Assembly: GCA_965113315.1 (NCBI GenBank)
Contig: OZ220382.1
Direction: 5' to 3' (one strand)
Source: Podarcis vaucheri
Lineage: Eukaryota
DNA: 64,000 bases
Shown: positions 11,766 to 24,603 of the stretch, in pieces
How positions within the stretch are numbered: the stretch's first letter is position 1
Layout of the letters: every line of letters starts with the position of its first letter
Made by a program: the position numbers and the translations under genes
The notes under the pieces: model-generated
Seen by the model: only the letters and a program-made list of their open reading frames with translations
Told to the model about the DNA's origin: nothing
Database searches by the model: none

Positions 11766-14700
11766 CTTTAAAGGCAAAACACACATAAGCAAATTGGTTT
11801 CACAGTATTATAAATCAGGCAAATGGCTCCCAGGTTTCAAACGTTTGACCTGCTTGAAACTTTGCTGAAATGTTTGGGGTCATACACATTCCCACTGTGT
11901 CCTGTGATTTCTGGGCATGATTCTCAGAGGTTTTTCTTCCGCCCTACCGCTTTCCCCAGGAAAACCCACTGTTTACCGCTGAATCAAAACAAACATCAAT
12001 TGGGTTTTCTGCAGATTGACATTTGTTCCGATTCAGCAGTAGAGAGTGGGTTTTCCCAGGGAAAGTGACAGGGCAAAAGAAAAAGCTCTCGGGCCTGTGC
12101 CTAGAAATCAAGGGACACGCAAAGTATGGATGAGCCTGTTGGAAGATTCTAGAAGAAATCTGGAAAATGGTCTTGAACAAGTTGCTAGTGTAAATGAGCA
12201 TGTGAATGATTCAGCATTAGGTCTCTGGCGGAATGACTAAAAGAGAAAAAGATTATCTTGTTTTATTTGTTATTGACCAGTGTAAAGTTTTGTAAATAAT
12301 AAAGACTGAGAAACAGAACCAAATGGTGTCTATTCCTGTAAAGGGAATTTCACGAAGAGATAGCTGGAATGCTGCTGCTGCTGTAAAGAAGTAAAAGATG
12401 AAGGAAAACTGTTTTGTAAAAGGAACTCTGCTGCAGAAAGAAATGAAAACCCAAGAGTAGATGCTCACGCACCAACAGAGCCCTTAGTTAAAAAGGAAGA
12501 GAGCTCTCGTCAAAGGTGGTGCAGAACTACAGAATGAATTAAGTGGCCCATTTTTGTTTCCACCCACTAGTAGGAAACAAGAGCCACCATGGACAGGAAC
12601 TTCCATGGTGGCAACTCCTGGAATTCAGGCAATGGGAGAAGATAAAGGTTAACACGCTCATGGATCTCGTGCATGGAGTGGCCTCCCCATTCACTTCAGT
12701 GGGGGAGAAAATTCCTGGTGTGCAATGCGCAGACTGAATAGCCCCCTACATTGAAGTGAACATGGAAATCATTTGTGCAGGAGCAGTGTGAGCACTGGAG
12801 AACAGGGATGCACACAATGTTTGCAAAAAAGCAATCTCAAAAACAATCTCTTAAAAAACATTTAGCAGCAGACTTTATGAGCACACAATTTTGTGCAAGA
12901 ATTTTTGCACACTGTAGAGGAGTGGCACTGAGAAGAGGAACCCCTGTAGTGCCCCATAAATTTAGAAAGTGGGGAAGGGGGTTCAAAAGCTCAGAGAAAT
13001 TCTAAGTTTTAGGAGCCTGTTGCTTTATGAAACACTGGGAAACATGGGAACGCAAAATGAGGCAACTGCCTCAACAGAATCAAAACCCAATCTTATACAC
13101 GTTTACTCAGAAGTACATTTCAATGTGTTCAGTGGTGTTTGCATCCGAAACCAAAATCCTGCTGTGAGGCAAAGGCAGGGCTGTGAGGTGGCTCAAAGGG
13201 CAGGAGTTATTCCTGTATGCCCTGGGGCAAATTATTTGCATTTGCAGATTACAATTTTTCAGCGGGAATCATAAAGATTGATAGCAGAACCCTGTAGATA
13301 TTCCAAGCTGTGGAACATGCCATACTAGAATAACGACCTGAGTGTTGTCACAGACCAACGTGAACACAGATATTAAGGTTGTGTATACATTACCATTTAA
13401 TCTGGCTCCAGTGCATTCCTACCACTGGTGTTTGAAGCTATGAACACATGATGTTGACCACAACCCACATCAATCTTGCAGTTTCTTGAGAAATGCTGCT
13501 GTTTGGTGAGCCCCCCCCCAAAAAAAACCCTACCTTCCATCAGATTTTCCCCCAAACCATCTCCCACTGCTTTGCATTTCAGCTGAGGTGTGTACCTATG
13601 AGACAGCCATTGTGCATGCACAGATGATAGCACATGTGCAGATGAGAGTGGGGGGGACACACCAAAAAGGTAATATAGATCAGGCGAAGACCCCCCCCCC
13701 CATGGTGTGAACAGCAGTTTGCAAATGTGGCTTGAAACATAATGAGTGAAATGGCCCTGCTGCGTTTTAAGTCGCTAATGTGTTCAAAGCTTTAGGAGTT
13801 TAGATACCAAAACATCAACATCCTTTTAATCACTGCGTAGGAAGAAAATATCCCAACTCTACACTGGAAATAGTTCAGAATTCCGAATCTTATCTCTGGC
13901 ATTGATGCTTTCCAGCTTCCTTTTATAACTTTTAATAGTGAATGCATTTCAAGAGGAGTGTTGTTGGGTTCATCCTGCTTGTGACCTTAGTTTTGGAATC
14001 CAAAACAATAATCATTCAAGCACACTCACATTTGACCAGCCAAAAAAGAGACTATATATCATACTTGCATCCCTTTGCCAGAATTACAATGCAAAGTCAT
14101 GGTGAGAATACAGCTTGTCTGGGTTCTCTCATCGCTTTGAGCCGCTGAGTCCCAGAGGTCAGCAATGCAGACAGCCTTCCATGTGGATGTGGTTAAGGCT
14201 TATTCCAAAACAAATATAAGGATGACACAGAACTTCTTTTGCTGTTTCTTTCCCTTCCCATTACAGTTGCATAAGTCTGCATAAACTTACAAGCTAGGAG
14301 CAGCCTAAGAATGAATGTTGCTAAACGTATTTACAAGCTTAAAGTGATTTGATTCTATCACACATTCACAGCGAAGACTACCATGGACAGTGGGAGAATT
14401 CATGGGAGGGGGATGTCTTTATTCAAATTATTGGGAAGTCTTTGACCTGAATTTTAAGCTATTTTCTCAATGAGCTAAAATTTCAGGGTAAGGAGACAAA
14501 ACTGCTTGATTTGAAAGCTTTTGTTTCCAGCTCTGTTTCTCCAGTATATTGAGCTACACCCTCCTGAGCCTCCAAGCATAGTCAGGGTTTACCCTCTCAG
14601 TCATTGGCTCCACCTCACACATCTCAAGATAACCTGGCAACCATAGTTTTTATTATACAGTTTGTAACTGTAATTCTAAGCAGGCTTACTTTAGAGTAAG

Positions 14701-16188
14701 CCCAAAACATGCATAGAAGTGCACTGCCTGAGTAGTAGAGGTAGAAATTAGAGAGTTCTGGAACCTCATTTATGATGAGATGAAAAAGATCTTTAAATTA
14801 AAATTCTCAAAGAATTCTGGGAAGTTGTGTTTGTTAAGCGGGCTGAAAGATGTTAGGAGAGCTCTATTCCCCTCACAGAGCTTAGGAAGAAGCATTCTAC
14901 TTTGGGAATTGTAGCTCTGTGAGGGGAACACGGAGTCTCCTAACAGCCCTCAGCACCTCTTATCAAACTACAGTTCCCCAGAATTCTTGAGGAGGCATCC
15001 ATGACTGTTTAAATGGATATAATGCTCATTTAAATGCATAGTGCTGATGGGGTCGTACTGAACTGGATTATAACAAATCCTCCAATGGTCTTTCTGTGCT
15101 GTCACAACTCTCCCTGAAATCAGAACTATAATTCACTTGGCTGACGCTCATTAAAAATAGGAAAGATGTGCTTCTTTAGGAAACAATAAATGATGCTACT
15201 GCCTCTCCCCGCTCCCACCGGAAGTATTTATGGACAATTCCACATAAATTTATCAGCCACAAATGATCTCGTAAATAGCAAAGCACCCTGCATTTTCTTG
15301 ATGAGAGAGAAGCCTTCCACAGAACCCTAAGGGATGCTACCACCTCCCCACTTACAAATGGGCAAATAAAAATTAGTACCAGCTATGGAAAGAAATCTGA
15401 TCATTTTAGTGCATCTGGAATGAGCCTGCAGGCAGAGCGCGTGCATAACTACATAATGCAGTATTTAAATAAAAGGTATCATTTTATTAGAAGCTTTAAA
15501 CAAGACAACTGGATTTCCTCTGTATTATCTCTCTACTCCTAGGGCTCTGTGACAGATGTATGTGTTATTTCAACATTGAACAACCCAACCTTGGGAGGAA
15601 TATGGCTTTTGACATCCTGTTTTTTTGGACAAGGATTAACCAGTTTCTTCCTTCTAAGAAGAGGAGGTAGAGGGCAGCAGACATCAAATTAGATGGTTTC
15701 AGGCTGCATGGGGACCAAGTGTGTGGCTTCAATCACTGAACAGATGAAGACTTCCTCCATAAGCCAAACCTGTGAGGAAGAACAAAGGCTGCTGCCTTAT
15801 ACTGAAGGCTGCTGCCTTATAATGAGTCAGACCACTGGCCCATCTAGTCTACACTGACCAGCAGCTGCACTCCAGAGCTTCAAACTCAGGTCTCTCCCAG
15901 TCCTACATGGAGATCCTGGGGTTTGAAACTAGGGTATTCTGCACGGAAAATGGATACTCTACCCCTTCCTAAAATATTTTAGAGTCTTTTCTTTGAGGGC
16001 CAACATCACTGAATATATGGTGGCTAGCAACTGAAGAAAGGACCTTGGTGGCGATTCCCTGGCTGTAGAATGCTCTGACCAGAAACGCCTGTTTTGATAT
16101 AATTTTGGCACCAAGCAAAAGCTTTCATTTGCTTGTTAATCTAACTTATTTTATGGCTGCCAATTCCTTTTACACTGCTTTGTATTTA

Positions 16189-16740
16189 CCGTATTTTTCG
16201 CTCTGTAAGACGCACTTTTCCCCCTCCAACAATTAAGGGGAAATGTGTGTGCGTCTTATGGAGTGAATGCAGGCTCCTTGGCTTCAGCGATAGCAACGCG
16301 AAGCCTCCGAAGCACAGAGGGAGCACTCCCTCTGTGCTCCAGAGGCTTCGCGTTGCTTTCGCTGAAGCCTGAAGAGCGAGAGGGGTCGGTGCACACCGAC
16401 CCCTCTCGCTCTCCAGGCTTCACGGATAGCTGCCTGAAGCCTCCGGAGCGCAGCGGGAAGTCCCACTGTGCTCCGAAGGCTTCGGGTTGCTACGTTGAAG
16501 CCAGGAGAGTGAGAGGGATCGGTGCGCACCTCTTGCTCTCCTGGCTTCACTTCGCTGGAGAGGTGCTGCACAGCTTTCCCTCTCTGTGCAGTGCCCCTTC
16601 AGCGAAGCGGGAGGAGAAATGGAAGGGGCTCTGTTTCTCCTGCCGCTTCGCTGAAGGGGCGCTGCGCAGAGAGGGGGAGATTTTTCCACCTTGTTCTCCC
16701 ACTCTAAAACAAGGTGCGTCCTATGGAGCGAAAAATACAG
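16189..16740. mobile_element. Tc1/mariner-type MITE, family B, with GC-rich palindromic interior
   Basis: TA|CCGTATTTTTCGCTCTGTAAGACGCAC...GTGCGTCCTATGGAGCGAAAAATACAG; internal GAAGCC/GGCTTC inverted repeats. Confidence 0.85.
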
Positions 16741-17201
16741 TGTTTTATTTCTGCTCACTGCTTTAAAAAAAAAACTATCAACAGAGGTAGCTGTGTCAGT
16801 TTCTTGCAGCAAAAACAACCCAGGAGGGTCTTGTGTCTAGCTACACATGCAAAGAGCCTGGCCTGGCATGAGGCAGCTTTGTGAGTCCACAAAATGTGGT
16901 AAGAATTTACCCACACTTACCTGTTGCTCCGCTCTTTCCAGACACAGGTCTGTGCTTAAATGCTCAAACCTCCAAGCAGCGGTTTTTTGGTTTTTTGCCC
17001 CAGAGCTTTCCCCATGAAAACCTGCTTTTAAGCACTCAATTGGAGCAAATGTTAATTGAGGTTTTCCTCAGATTGCTGTTTGCTCTTATTGAGCATTGAA
17101 TAGTGGGTTTTTGCTAGGAAATTTACACTTCTCTGAATTTTGCAATGCACTTCTCCATCCAAGTAATGTGTACAAAGATGCATGGGGTGAAAACACATGT
17201 A

Positions 17202-17456
17202 CAGTGGTACCTTGGGATGCAAACGGGATCCGTTCCAGAGCCCCGTTCGCATCCTGAACGGATTGCAAGACACAACGACGCGTCTGCGTGTGCATGGGTC
17301 ATGTTTCTCCGCTTCCGCGCATGACATCATTTTTGAGTGTCTGCGCATGTGCGAGCGGCAAAACCCAGAACTAACGCGCTCCGCTACTTCTGGGTTGCCA
17401 CTGAGCACAACTCAAATGCGCTCAACCTGAAACGCATTCAACTCAAGGTATGACTG
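17202..17456. mobile_element. Tc1/mariner MITE (CAGTGGTACCT family variant)
   Basis: TA|CAGTGGTACCTTGG...CAAGGTATGACTG|TA. Confidence 0.8.
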
Positions 17457-17546
17457 TATTAGTGAAATTTAACATACAAAAACAGTAAGAAATATTAAGA
17501 AAACTGTTTTGCAAAAATATTTAAATTGTGCAAAATTGCACAAAAC

Positions 17547-18575
17547 TTGTTGGCACCATCTGTCTCAAGAGACAATGGAGTGCACCTTGGTAAGGTGAAG
17601 TCAAACCACTGCATTAGCAGCACCAAAGTGACTTCTCCTGGGTTCAAGCCTGGGTAGTGTGTATGGAGGTCTGGGACTGTCCAGACAACAAGACCCCACT
17701 TGTAGCCTCACTGGCACCAGCTTGGCTGCAAGAGTTGCTGAAAGGAGGCATACAAGGTGCCATCTAAGCATCTTAGGAACTCCACTCCGGAATTGTGAAG
17801 GGTTTACTCCTTGGCCTTTTCTTCTCCGAAAGACAGCAAACAAGGCAGAAGAGGTTTAGGATCAGTTTTCCTTCTCCTAGAAGGGCTACCTTCCCAGGTT
17901 GATTAGCCCCATCTGCCCCTCACTTCCCTCTACAGCATATGCAGAATGAATGAATCTTTATTTGTGTCAGCCATTGCCCATAGTAACATAACAACAATAT
18001 GATATACAAAGAATAAAAATAAAAAGTCAATTACATAATTATATACAATGGTACCTTGGGTTAAAGACGCTTCAAGTTACAGACTCTGCTAACCCAGAAA
18101 TAGTACCTTGGGTTAAGAACTTTGCTTCAGGATGAGAACAGAAATTGTGCTCCGGTGGCGTGGCAGCAGCAGCAGCAGGCCCCATTAGCTAAAGTGGTGT
18201 CTCGGGTTAAGAACAGTTTCATGTTAAGAACGCACCTCCAAAATGACTTAAGTATGTAACCAGAGGTACCACTGTATGCAGAAACTGCCTTCCTGACCAT
18301 TTGACTCACTATTGGCCTCGTCCACTCAATCCGCCAGACCCTGTCTTTGTATGCAGGGGCTAGTCCCTAACTCAACTGAGGGTTTGAGACCCATCAGCTA
18401 CCAGCCAGTCAAAGCTGTTTCCCGGGGTGTGGCTGCTGTCCCATGCTGGCAGCTTCTCGGAGCCACAGGTGAGAGCTGAATGCAGGGTGGGGGCCAAAGG
18501 TGTACAAACTACCCCAGAAGGAGCAATATGTGTCCCCCACCAGGGGTACTACCTCTCCCCCAACACCCTATACAC
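17547..18575 (-). mobile_element. Probable RTE-type LINE 5' region fragment, interrupted by a MITE at 18046-18274
   Basis: GC-rich repeat-like sequence resembling squamate RTE 5' UTRs, resuming after the MITE. Family assignment is from pattern recognition only. Confidence 0.4.
18046..18274. mobile_element. Tc1/mariner MITE, family A
   Basis: TIRs and TA TSD; same internal sequence as 2257-2508. Confidence 0.9.
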
Positions 18576-20478
18576 CTCTAATTGTATAAAGAAATGTGTA
18601 ACGTTCAAACTAAAGAAATGAGGAAAGTTGAACTTGAGATTGGAAAAAAAATGAGAAACGGTGAGAAACTGAAATGAATTATTCACCCTGAGCTACAATC
18701 CTTTTCTAAATTCAGAGAAGTCTGCTCTTAAGCTCTCTCACGGAGCATTTAAAGTTTAGGCAGCAAAGACGCAAGGAGTTGCTAGCCAACCACAGCACAC
18801 GAGAGCAGACAGCAATATCAAAAGCTATAACTGGTGTGTATTTTGCAAGCTTCACAACTGATGAGAACAAATTTAAGAGATCCCAGAGCTTACCATAAGG
18901 CTTGCTACAGTCATAAAAATGTAGTACATTGTGTCATAAACCACACATTGTTTAATTTATGGTATTCAAAGCAACATTTTACTTTATAATGCCTTAGATC
19001 CAAGAACATTTGGAAAAGTTTTGCTTGTTCCTGAGGACCTTCCTATGGCTGTCCTGAGGACCTTCCTATGGCTGTCCTATGGCTCATAGCAAAGCGGTTT
19101 GAAGTATTTCATTGCCTTGTGGTGGCAGTCTATGCCCAGGGATCTCATGCACGCAACCACAATCAAATTATCAGCACATCAGAAGAGTTTGCTTAGCCCC
19201 GAAACATGAAGCTAGTTGTGAATGGAACAGCTGGAGAATCTTGGAACTTGTACTCCAGAATGAGTTGCAACAGTCGAAACCATCAGAGATCAGAAAAGAG
19301 GGAGTTCCACAACTTTTGGGCTTATTCTTATTGTGAATGGAAAACCCCTCCAATATTTAGTGATGATATAATTTATCTGCTGGGATAAAACACAGGTGGT
19401 TTTGCTTACAAATGATCTAACTAACGGTAGCTCAGCTATTTCTTCTATGTAAATATGTAAAAATGAAAGAGCTGTGTGCTGCCAGGAAAAAAACAAACCC
19501 TATTAATTCTGGCCTATGTTTAACGGGTAATAAATAAGGTGAAGACTCATAACATTGTTTTGTTATATTGTCATCTGGTTTGAAGTTCATTCAGTTTATT
19601 CTGTATTGCCAAACTGAGAGATGTCTGGAAGAATGGTCTTCAGTAGGCTGAAGCCACAAAAATAAGCTTTCTGAAATGATATAATATCTCCCTGCCTCCC
19701 CCCACCCTGGCCTTTTCCAGGGCGATGCTATTATGATCCTTGAGTTGCTTATTTCTTTATAGTGAAATGCAAACCCTAATGAAGCCAGAACCGCCTTTGG
19801 CTTTAATGGGGTCAAGATGTCATTCTCTATCGATTCCATAGCATCAGCAAGTCAGATATTGCAGTATTACATGTGAGGACAATAATTTGTGGTAGAGGGT
19901 GGACTGGAGCAAAGGTGGGAGACTTGTCAATATATTCAGTTGCCTGTGCCCCTTCAGGGCTCACCTCCATTGAGTCACAGACAGAGAGGACACTCACTGC
20001 TTTTACACCCACAAACTTTGAAACACACACATAGAGATCAACACATGCATTGTGGTGCAGTAACTAGAGTGCTGGGCTAGGAGGCCAGGATTCAAATCCC
20101 CACTAAGCCATAAAACTCACAGGGTAACCTTGGGCCCATCACTGTCTCTTAGACTGCTCTACCTTCCGGGATTGTTGTGAAGATAGAATGGTGAGTAGGA
20201 GTACCATGTACACCACCTTGACTCCTTGGATGAAAGGTGTGATTATAGAAAGAAGAAGAAGGAAGAGAAGGAAGAGGAGGAGGCGGCAAACACATATATG
20301 CAAGCATGAAAGCTCATCCATTTCTGAGTCACACCCACAAAAGTATTTGCTGTACGGATTGCTGTACTGTGAAACCAAGTGTCCCTGTGCCTGTTCAGAC
20401 ACACCCTTGGGTATGCTCTCATGTTAATAACTACATGCATACATACATATACATTCACACAAAACACAAGTAATTTAC

Positions 20479-20583
20479 CTTCTTGGTTGTGGTGCTGAAA
20501 GTGACAACGATATATGTGATAGTCAGCTGCATGATGAGGATTAGAGGTCGTCGTGAGCATGCCAATTTCATTAACCGCCCCAT
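20479..20583 (-). CDS. Candidate alternative first coding exon or micropeptide in CAPN6 intron 2
   Basis: GCCATGG Kozak; MGRLMKLACSRRPLILIMQLTITYIVVTFSTTTKK; AAG|gtaaat phase-0 donor compatible with exon 3; ETS and CCAAT motifs upstream. No expression evidence. Confidence 0.3.
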
Positions 20584-21734
20584 GGCAAAAGAGTTTAGGC
20601 ACGGGAACGAATTGTGTGTCCGTGCTCTTGGCTGGATCTGACTCTCACTCTTCTCTTCTCTTCACTAGGTAAGCTATCAGAGAAGGCTTTAAGAGGGACC
20701 CTGCAACTGCAAACTCCTCCCATAGTCAAGGACTTCCGACGCCAGTGAGTTTGGCACCTGCAGGCTGGGGCCAATCACAGAATTCGCCAGCGAGATAAAA
20801 TCTCTTCCTTGCTTAGAAAATGACACACATTGCATCCTTGGCATTTCCAGGAGGGCTTAAATGTTCCTGTGTCCCAAATGTCCCAAAGCCTTGGCAGCTA
20901 TTTCCAAGCAATGCTAAGAACACTGACCCTGAAAGCGACATGACCCAACATAATATTGTTTCATATTCACTTTTACCCATCATGCTACTCTCCAGTTTCT
21001 AACTCCTACCAATCTATGCATCCCCATCATGTCCAATTTCTTTCTGTTTTAAGCAAAAGTCTGTATAAACTAACCAACTGGAGAGCATTTCTCTCTTGCG
21101 GAGCATGCTCAGTCCAAACCGACAGCATCTATGGCAAAACACATTACTTGTGTACAGTGCACAAGACCACCTTCTGCAGCAATTAAAATTTACTTAGCTT
21201 CAACCTCTTGCCATTGCAGAAGCAGCAATTATTTATCTTATACCGCTTTTACCCTCTTAAGCTAACCACTTTTATCTATCTAGGAGAGTCCCAGTCTCTC
21301 TCTCTTTTTCCTAGTACCTCTTCTTTTTAAAACTGTAAGAAGTATTATGGCCCTATAAAGACTAACCAATTTATTATGCCCTAAGCTTTCAGGCACTACA
21401 GTTCAGTTTTTCAGATGCGTAAAAGCGTTGTCCTGAGTTGCAGGCCCGAGGTTGCATGGGGATTGTAAAAAGAGAGCTCCCAAGGAAATGAAAAGAAGAA
21501 AAGTGAAGTGATATTTTCGTACTTCACAATGGTAATTCACAAAACAATTTCTGATGTCACAAATATCCTGGCATTGACATTGGCACACTAGATTTGGTAT
21601 TTTGTAAGAACAATATTGTGCCTACGACAGAATCCTGCAGCACCCTATTTGTCACTTTTCCCCAGAATGATAAGGAACCATTTGTGAACGCTCTTTGAAT
21701 TTGGTCAGTCAACTAGCTACAAATCCAATTAACA

Positions 21735-22105
21735 GTTACTTTGTCCAGCCCACATTTTACCAGGTTCACAAGAATATCACTGGCGGGTTGTCAAAAACCT
21801 TACTGAAATCAAGATGTCCACAGCATTTCCCTGATCCTCCAAGCTTGTAACTTCATCAAAAAGACATGTGGTTTGTCTGGCATGACTTGTTTTTGAGAAA
21901 CACATACTGGGTCTTAGTAATCACAGGATACTTTTCTAATTGCTCACAAAGCAAGTGTTTCATTATCTGTTCTAGGGCCTTCCCTGGTATCAACATCAAG
22001 CTCACTGGTTGGTAGTTTCCTGGGTCTTCTTTCCCCACTTTTTTTTAAAGATCGGGACAACATTTGCCTGCTTCCGGTCTGCAGGAACCTCACCTGTTCT
22101 CCAGT
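21735..22105 (-). mobile_element. CR1 LINE ORF2 (RT) fragment
   Basis: Translates KEDPGNYQPVSLMLIPGKALEQIMK...QYVFLKNKSCQTN, a degenerate CR1 RT motif (KEDPGNYRPVSLTSIPGK). Confidence 0.85.
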
Positions 22106-22611
22106 GACAAGTGTCATCTCACACTTTCTGCTGCATCTACCCATCACTTTCTTTCACAAAAGTCCTATCTTTTGGGGAAATATTTTTGTGTGCAAAAGCT
22201 CAAAATTCACAAGTATGTGACTGAAGCCCACTCAAAAAGCAACCTTCTGGAGAACACTAAGTTTCTAAATAGGGAAAAATTGAAATAGTTGATCCTTAAA
22301 ACACCATTCCTTCAGTTTCACTTGGCAGAGGGCATATCTGAAAATATTGACAGGAAAAGAGTTGTTTCCCCCCTCTTAATTAGCATTTTCAGCATAGCCA
22401 GTAGAGTCACAGCTCATTAGGCAGAACTCTGCATAAGCGTTAATATCACTACGCAAATTTACTCTATATAGCAGCACAAGTCTGCAGGGGTAGCCTGCTG
22501 ATGAATATGAACTCTTCTGCATTTTTGCAAACACTTGCAAATGTCAGTGTTTTTAATGTGTGGTGGGGAATGGATGAACAAATTTAATGGTCAGAAACAA
22601 GCTGAAATATA

Positions 22612-22869
22612 CCGTATTTTTGCTCTATAAGACTCACTTTTCCCCTTCTAAAAAGTAAGGGGAAATGTGTGTGCGTCTTATGGAGCAAATGCAGGCTGCG
22701 CAGCTATCACAGAAGCCAGAACAGCAAGAGGGATTGCTGCTTTCACTGTGCAGTGATCCCTCTTGTTGTTCTGGCTTCTGAGATTCAGAATATTTTTTTT
22801 CTTGTTTTCCTCCTCCAAAAACTAGGTGCGTCTTGTGGTCTGGTGCGTCTTATAGAGCGAAAAATACAG
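22612..22869. mobile_element. Tc1/mariner-type MITE, family B
   Basis: CCGTATTTTTGCTCTATAAGAC / GTCTTATAGAGCGAAAAATACAG TIRs, TA TSD. Confidence 0.85.
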
Positions 22870-23664
22870 TACTTGACTAGAAGGTTGATACCATGGTGAA
22901 GCTTCATGTTATCAAGACCTGAGCTCCAACAGGAAGAACGATATGCTAGCAGTCTCTTGCTGCTTTCTACCTAGGACAACCAGTCTCTAAGCAAAATAAT
23001 GAATGAATACAAATCTAATGTTAGAAATGGCAATAATAAGAAGCCAGTGAAAACATCTCAATCTCTCAGGACATTTTACTGCTGACCTGAATGTTCTACA
23101 TGAACAATCTATGGAACCCAACCTTCTGATGAATACCACTCTACAGTAAATACATGCCAGAGGGTGAAAGCAATGTGAAACTGCAGCATTAAAATTTATT
23201 TATTTTTAATTTAATTTTTTATTAACATAACATAAAAAATGCCAAAGAAAACCCCGATTATCAAAATTGCAGAACTGTAGTACAGAGGTTATATTTTTCA
23301 AATAAATAGAAAGAAGATAATATAGAAAAATAAAAGCATCACGAAAGCCAAATTTTGCAGTTCGGTTGCGGGAAGACAGTTTTATATATCTAAAATTGAC
23401 ACGTAAGAAATGAAATCCCACCAAACGGTGCAGAAATGGTTCCAAGTCTTCCTCAGCTATGTAACTGTGAGCTATTTTCAATGCAATAGGCATATAATCT
23501 TCCTAAATTAGAATTTATCACAGCGTTTTATTTTATTGCAGTTTTGAACTGATAGCTTTTACCAGCCATGATGTCTTTCAGAGGAATGATAGGATAAAAA
23601 ACTAAATAGATAAACAAACAAACAAACAGAATGAATCTAGGGTTGGTGTGTTATCATGAAAAGA

Positions 23665-23974
23665 TGATTTGAGCATATTACATCAATCCTGACCTGACTG
23701 CACTGCCTACCAATTAGTTTCTGGGCCCAATTGAAGTGCTGGTTTTGACCTATAAAGCCTTAAATGGCTCAGGACCCAATACCTCAAGGACCGCTTCTAC
23801 CTATTTGAACCACCCTAGACCCGGCAATCATAAGATGAAGCTCTTCTTTCACGAGAGATTCACGAGAGATTCAGAAGGTTGCAGAATGAGAATGGGCCTT
23901 TTCTGTAGTAGCTCCCTGCTTGTAGAATGCCCTCCCCAGGGAGGCTCACCTGGTGCCTTCATTATATATCTTTA
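23665..23974 (+). mobile_element. L2 LINE 3' fragment
   Basis: Degenerate EHITxxLxxLHxLP...KVLVLTYKALNGSGP, the C-terminus of L2 ORF2; truncated by the gap. Confidence 0.75.
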
Positions 23975-24174
23975 NNNNNNNNNNNNNNNNNNNNNNNNNN
24001 NNNNNNNNNNNNNNNNNNNNNNNNNNNNNNNNNNNNNNNNNNNNNNNNNNNNNNNNNNNNNNNNNNNNNNNNNNNNNNNNNNNNNNNNNNNNNNNNNNNN
24101 NNNNNNNNNNNNNNNNNNNNNNNNNNNNNNNNNNNNNNNNNNNNNNNNNNNNNNNNNNNNNNNNNNNNNNNNNN
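23975..24174. other. Assembly gap (200 N)
   Basis: Run of N. Confidence 1.
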
Positions 24175-24259
24175 AGAATGCAAAGTCCAAGACAAGCAAA
24201 TATATCTTTAGAGTAAAAACAGCTTCCAACTTCTATTAATATCTTCCTATACATATAAA

Positions 24260-24603
24260 GGGACGCGGGTGGTGCTGTGGGTTAAACCACAGAGCCTAGG
24301 GCTTGCCGAATGGAAGGTTGGCGGTTCGAATCCCCGTGATGGGGTGAGCTCCCATTGCTCGGTCCCTGCTCCTGCCAACCTAGAAGTTCGACAGCATGTC
24401 AAAGTGCAAGTAGACAAATAGGCACCACTCCGGCGGGAAGGTAAATGGCGTTTCCGTGCACTGCTCTGGTTTCGCCAGAAGTGGCTTAATCATGCTGGCC
24501 ACATGACCCGGAAAAACTGTCTGTGGCCAGTAAAGCGAGATGAGCGCCGCAACCCCATAGTCGTTCGTGACTGGACTCAACTGTCAGGGGTCCTTTACCT
24601 TTT
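24260..24603 (+). mobile_element. Sauria SINE, full length
   Basis: tRNA-like head GGGACGCGGGTGG...GGTTCGAATCC, ACCTTT tail, 12-bp TSD tatacatataaa. Confidence 0.9.

Noticed and set aside
16245-16818. Overlapping 95-173 aa ORFs
   Set aside because: GC-rich palindromic MITE interior with few stop codons; the same holds for 39620-40057 and 52277-52798.
16914-16950. Perfect minus-strand donor CAG|gtaagt at 16921
   Set aside because: No good acceptor or ORF upstream, and it adjoins a repeat family also seen near 3830 and 11900.
19112-20030. Cluster of 60-80 aa ORFs in the TE-poor part of intron 2
   Set aside because: No recognisable homology and no consistent splice-site or phase chain.
23736-24254. 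ORFs containing X runs
   Set aside because: Artefacts of the 200-N gap plus an L2 fragment.
24260-24340. tRNA-like A/B boxes
   Set aside because: SINE heads, not tRNA genes; no cloverleaf.
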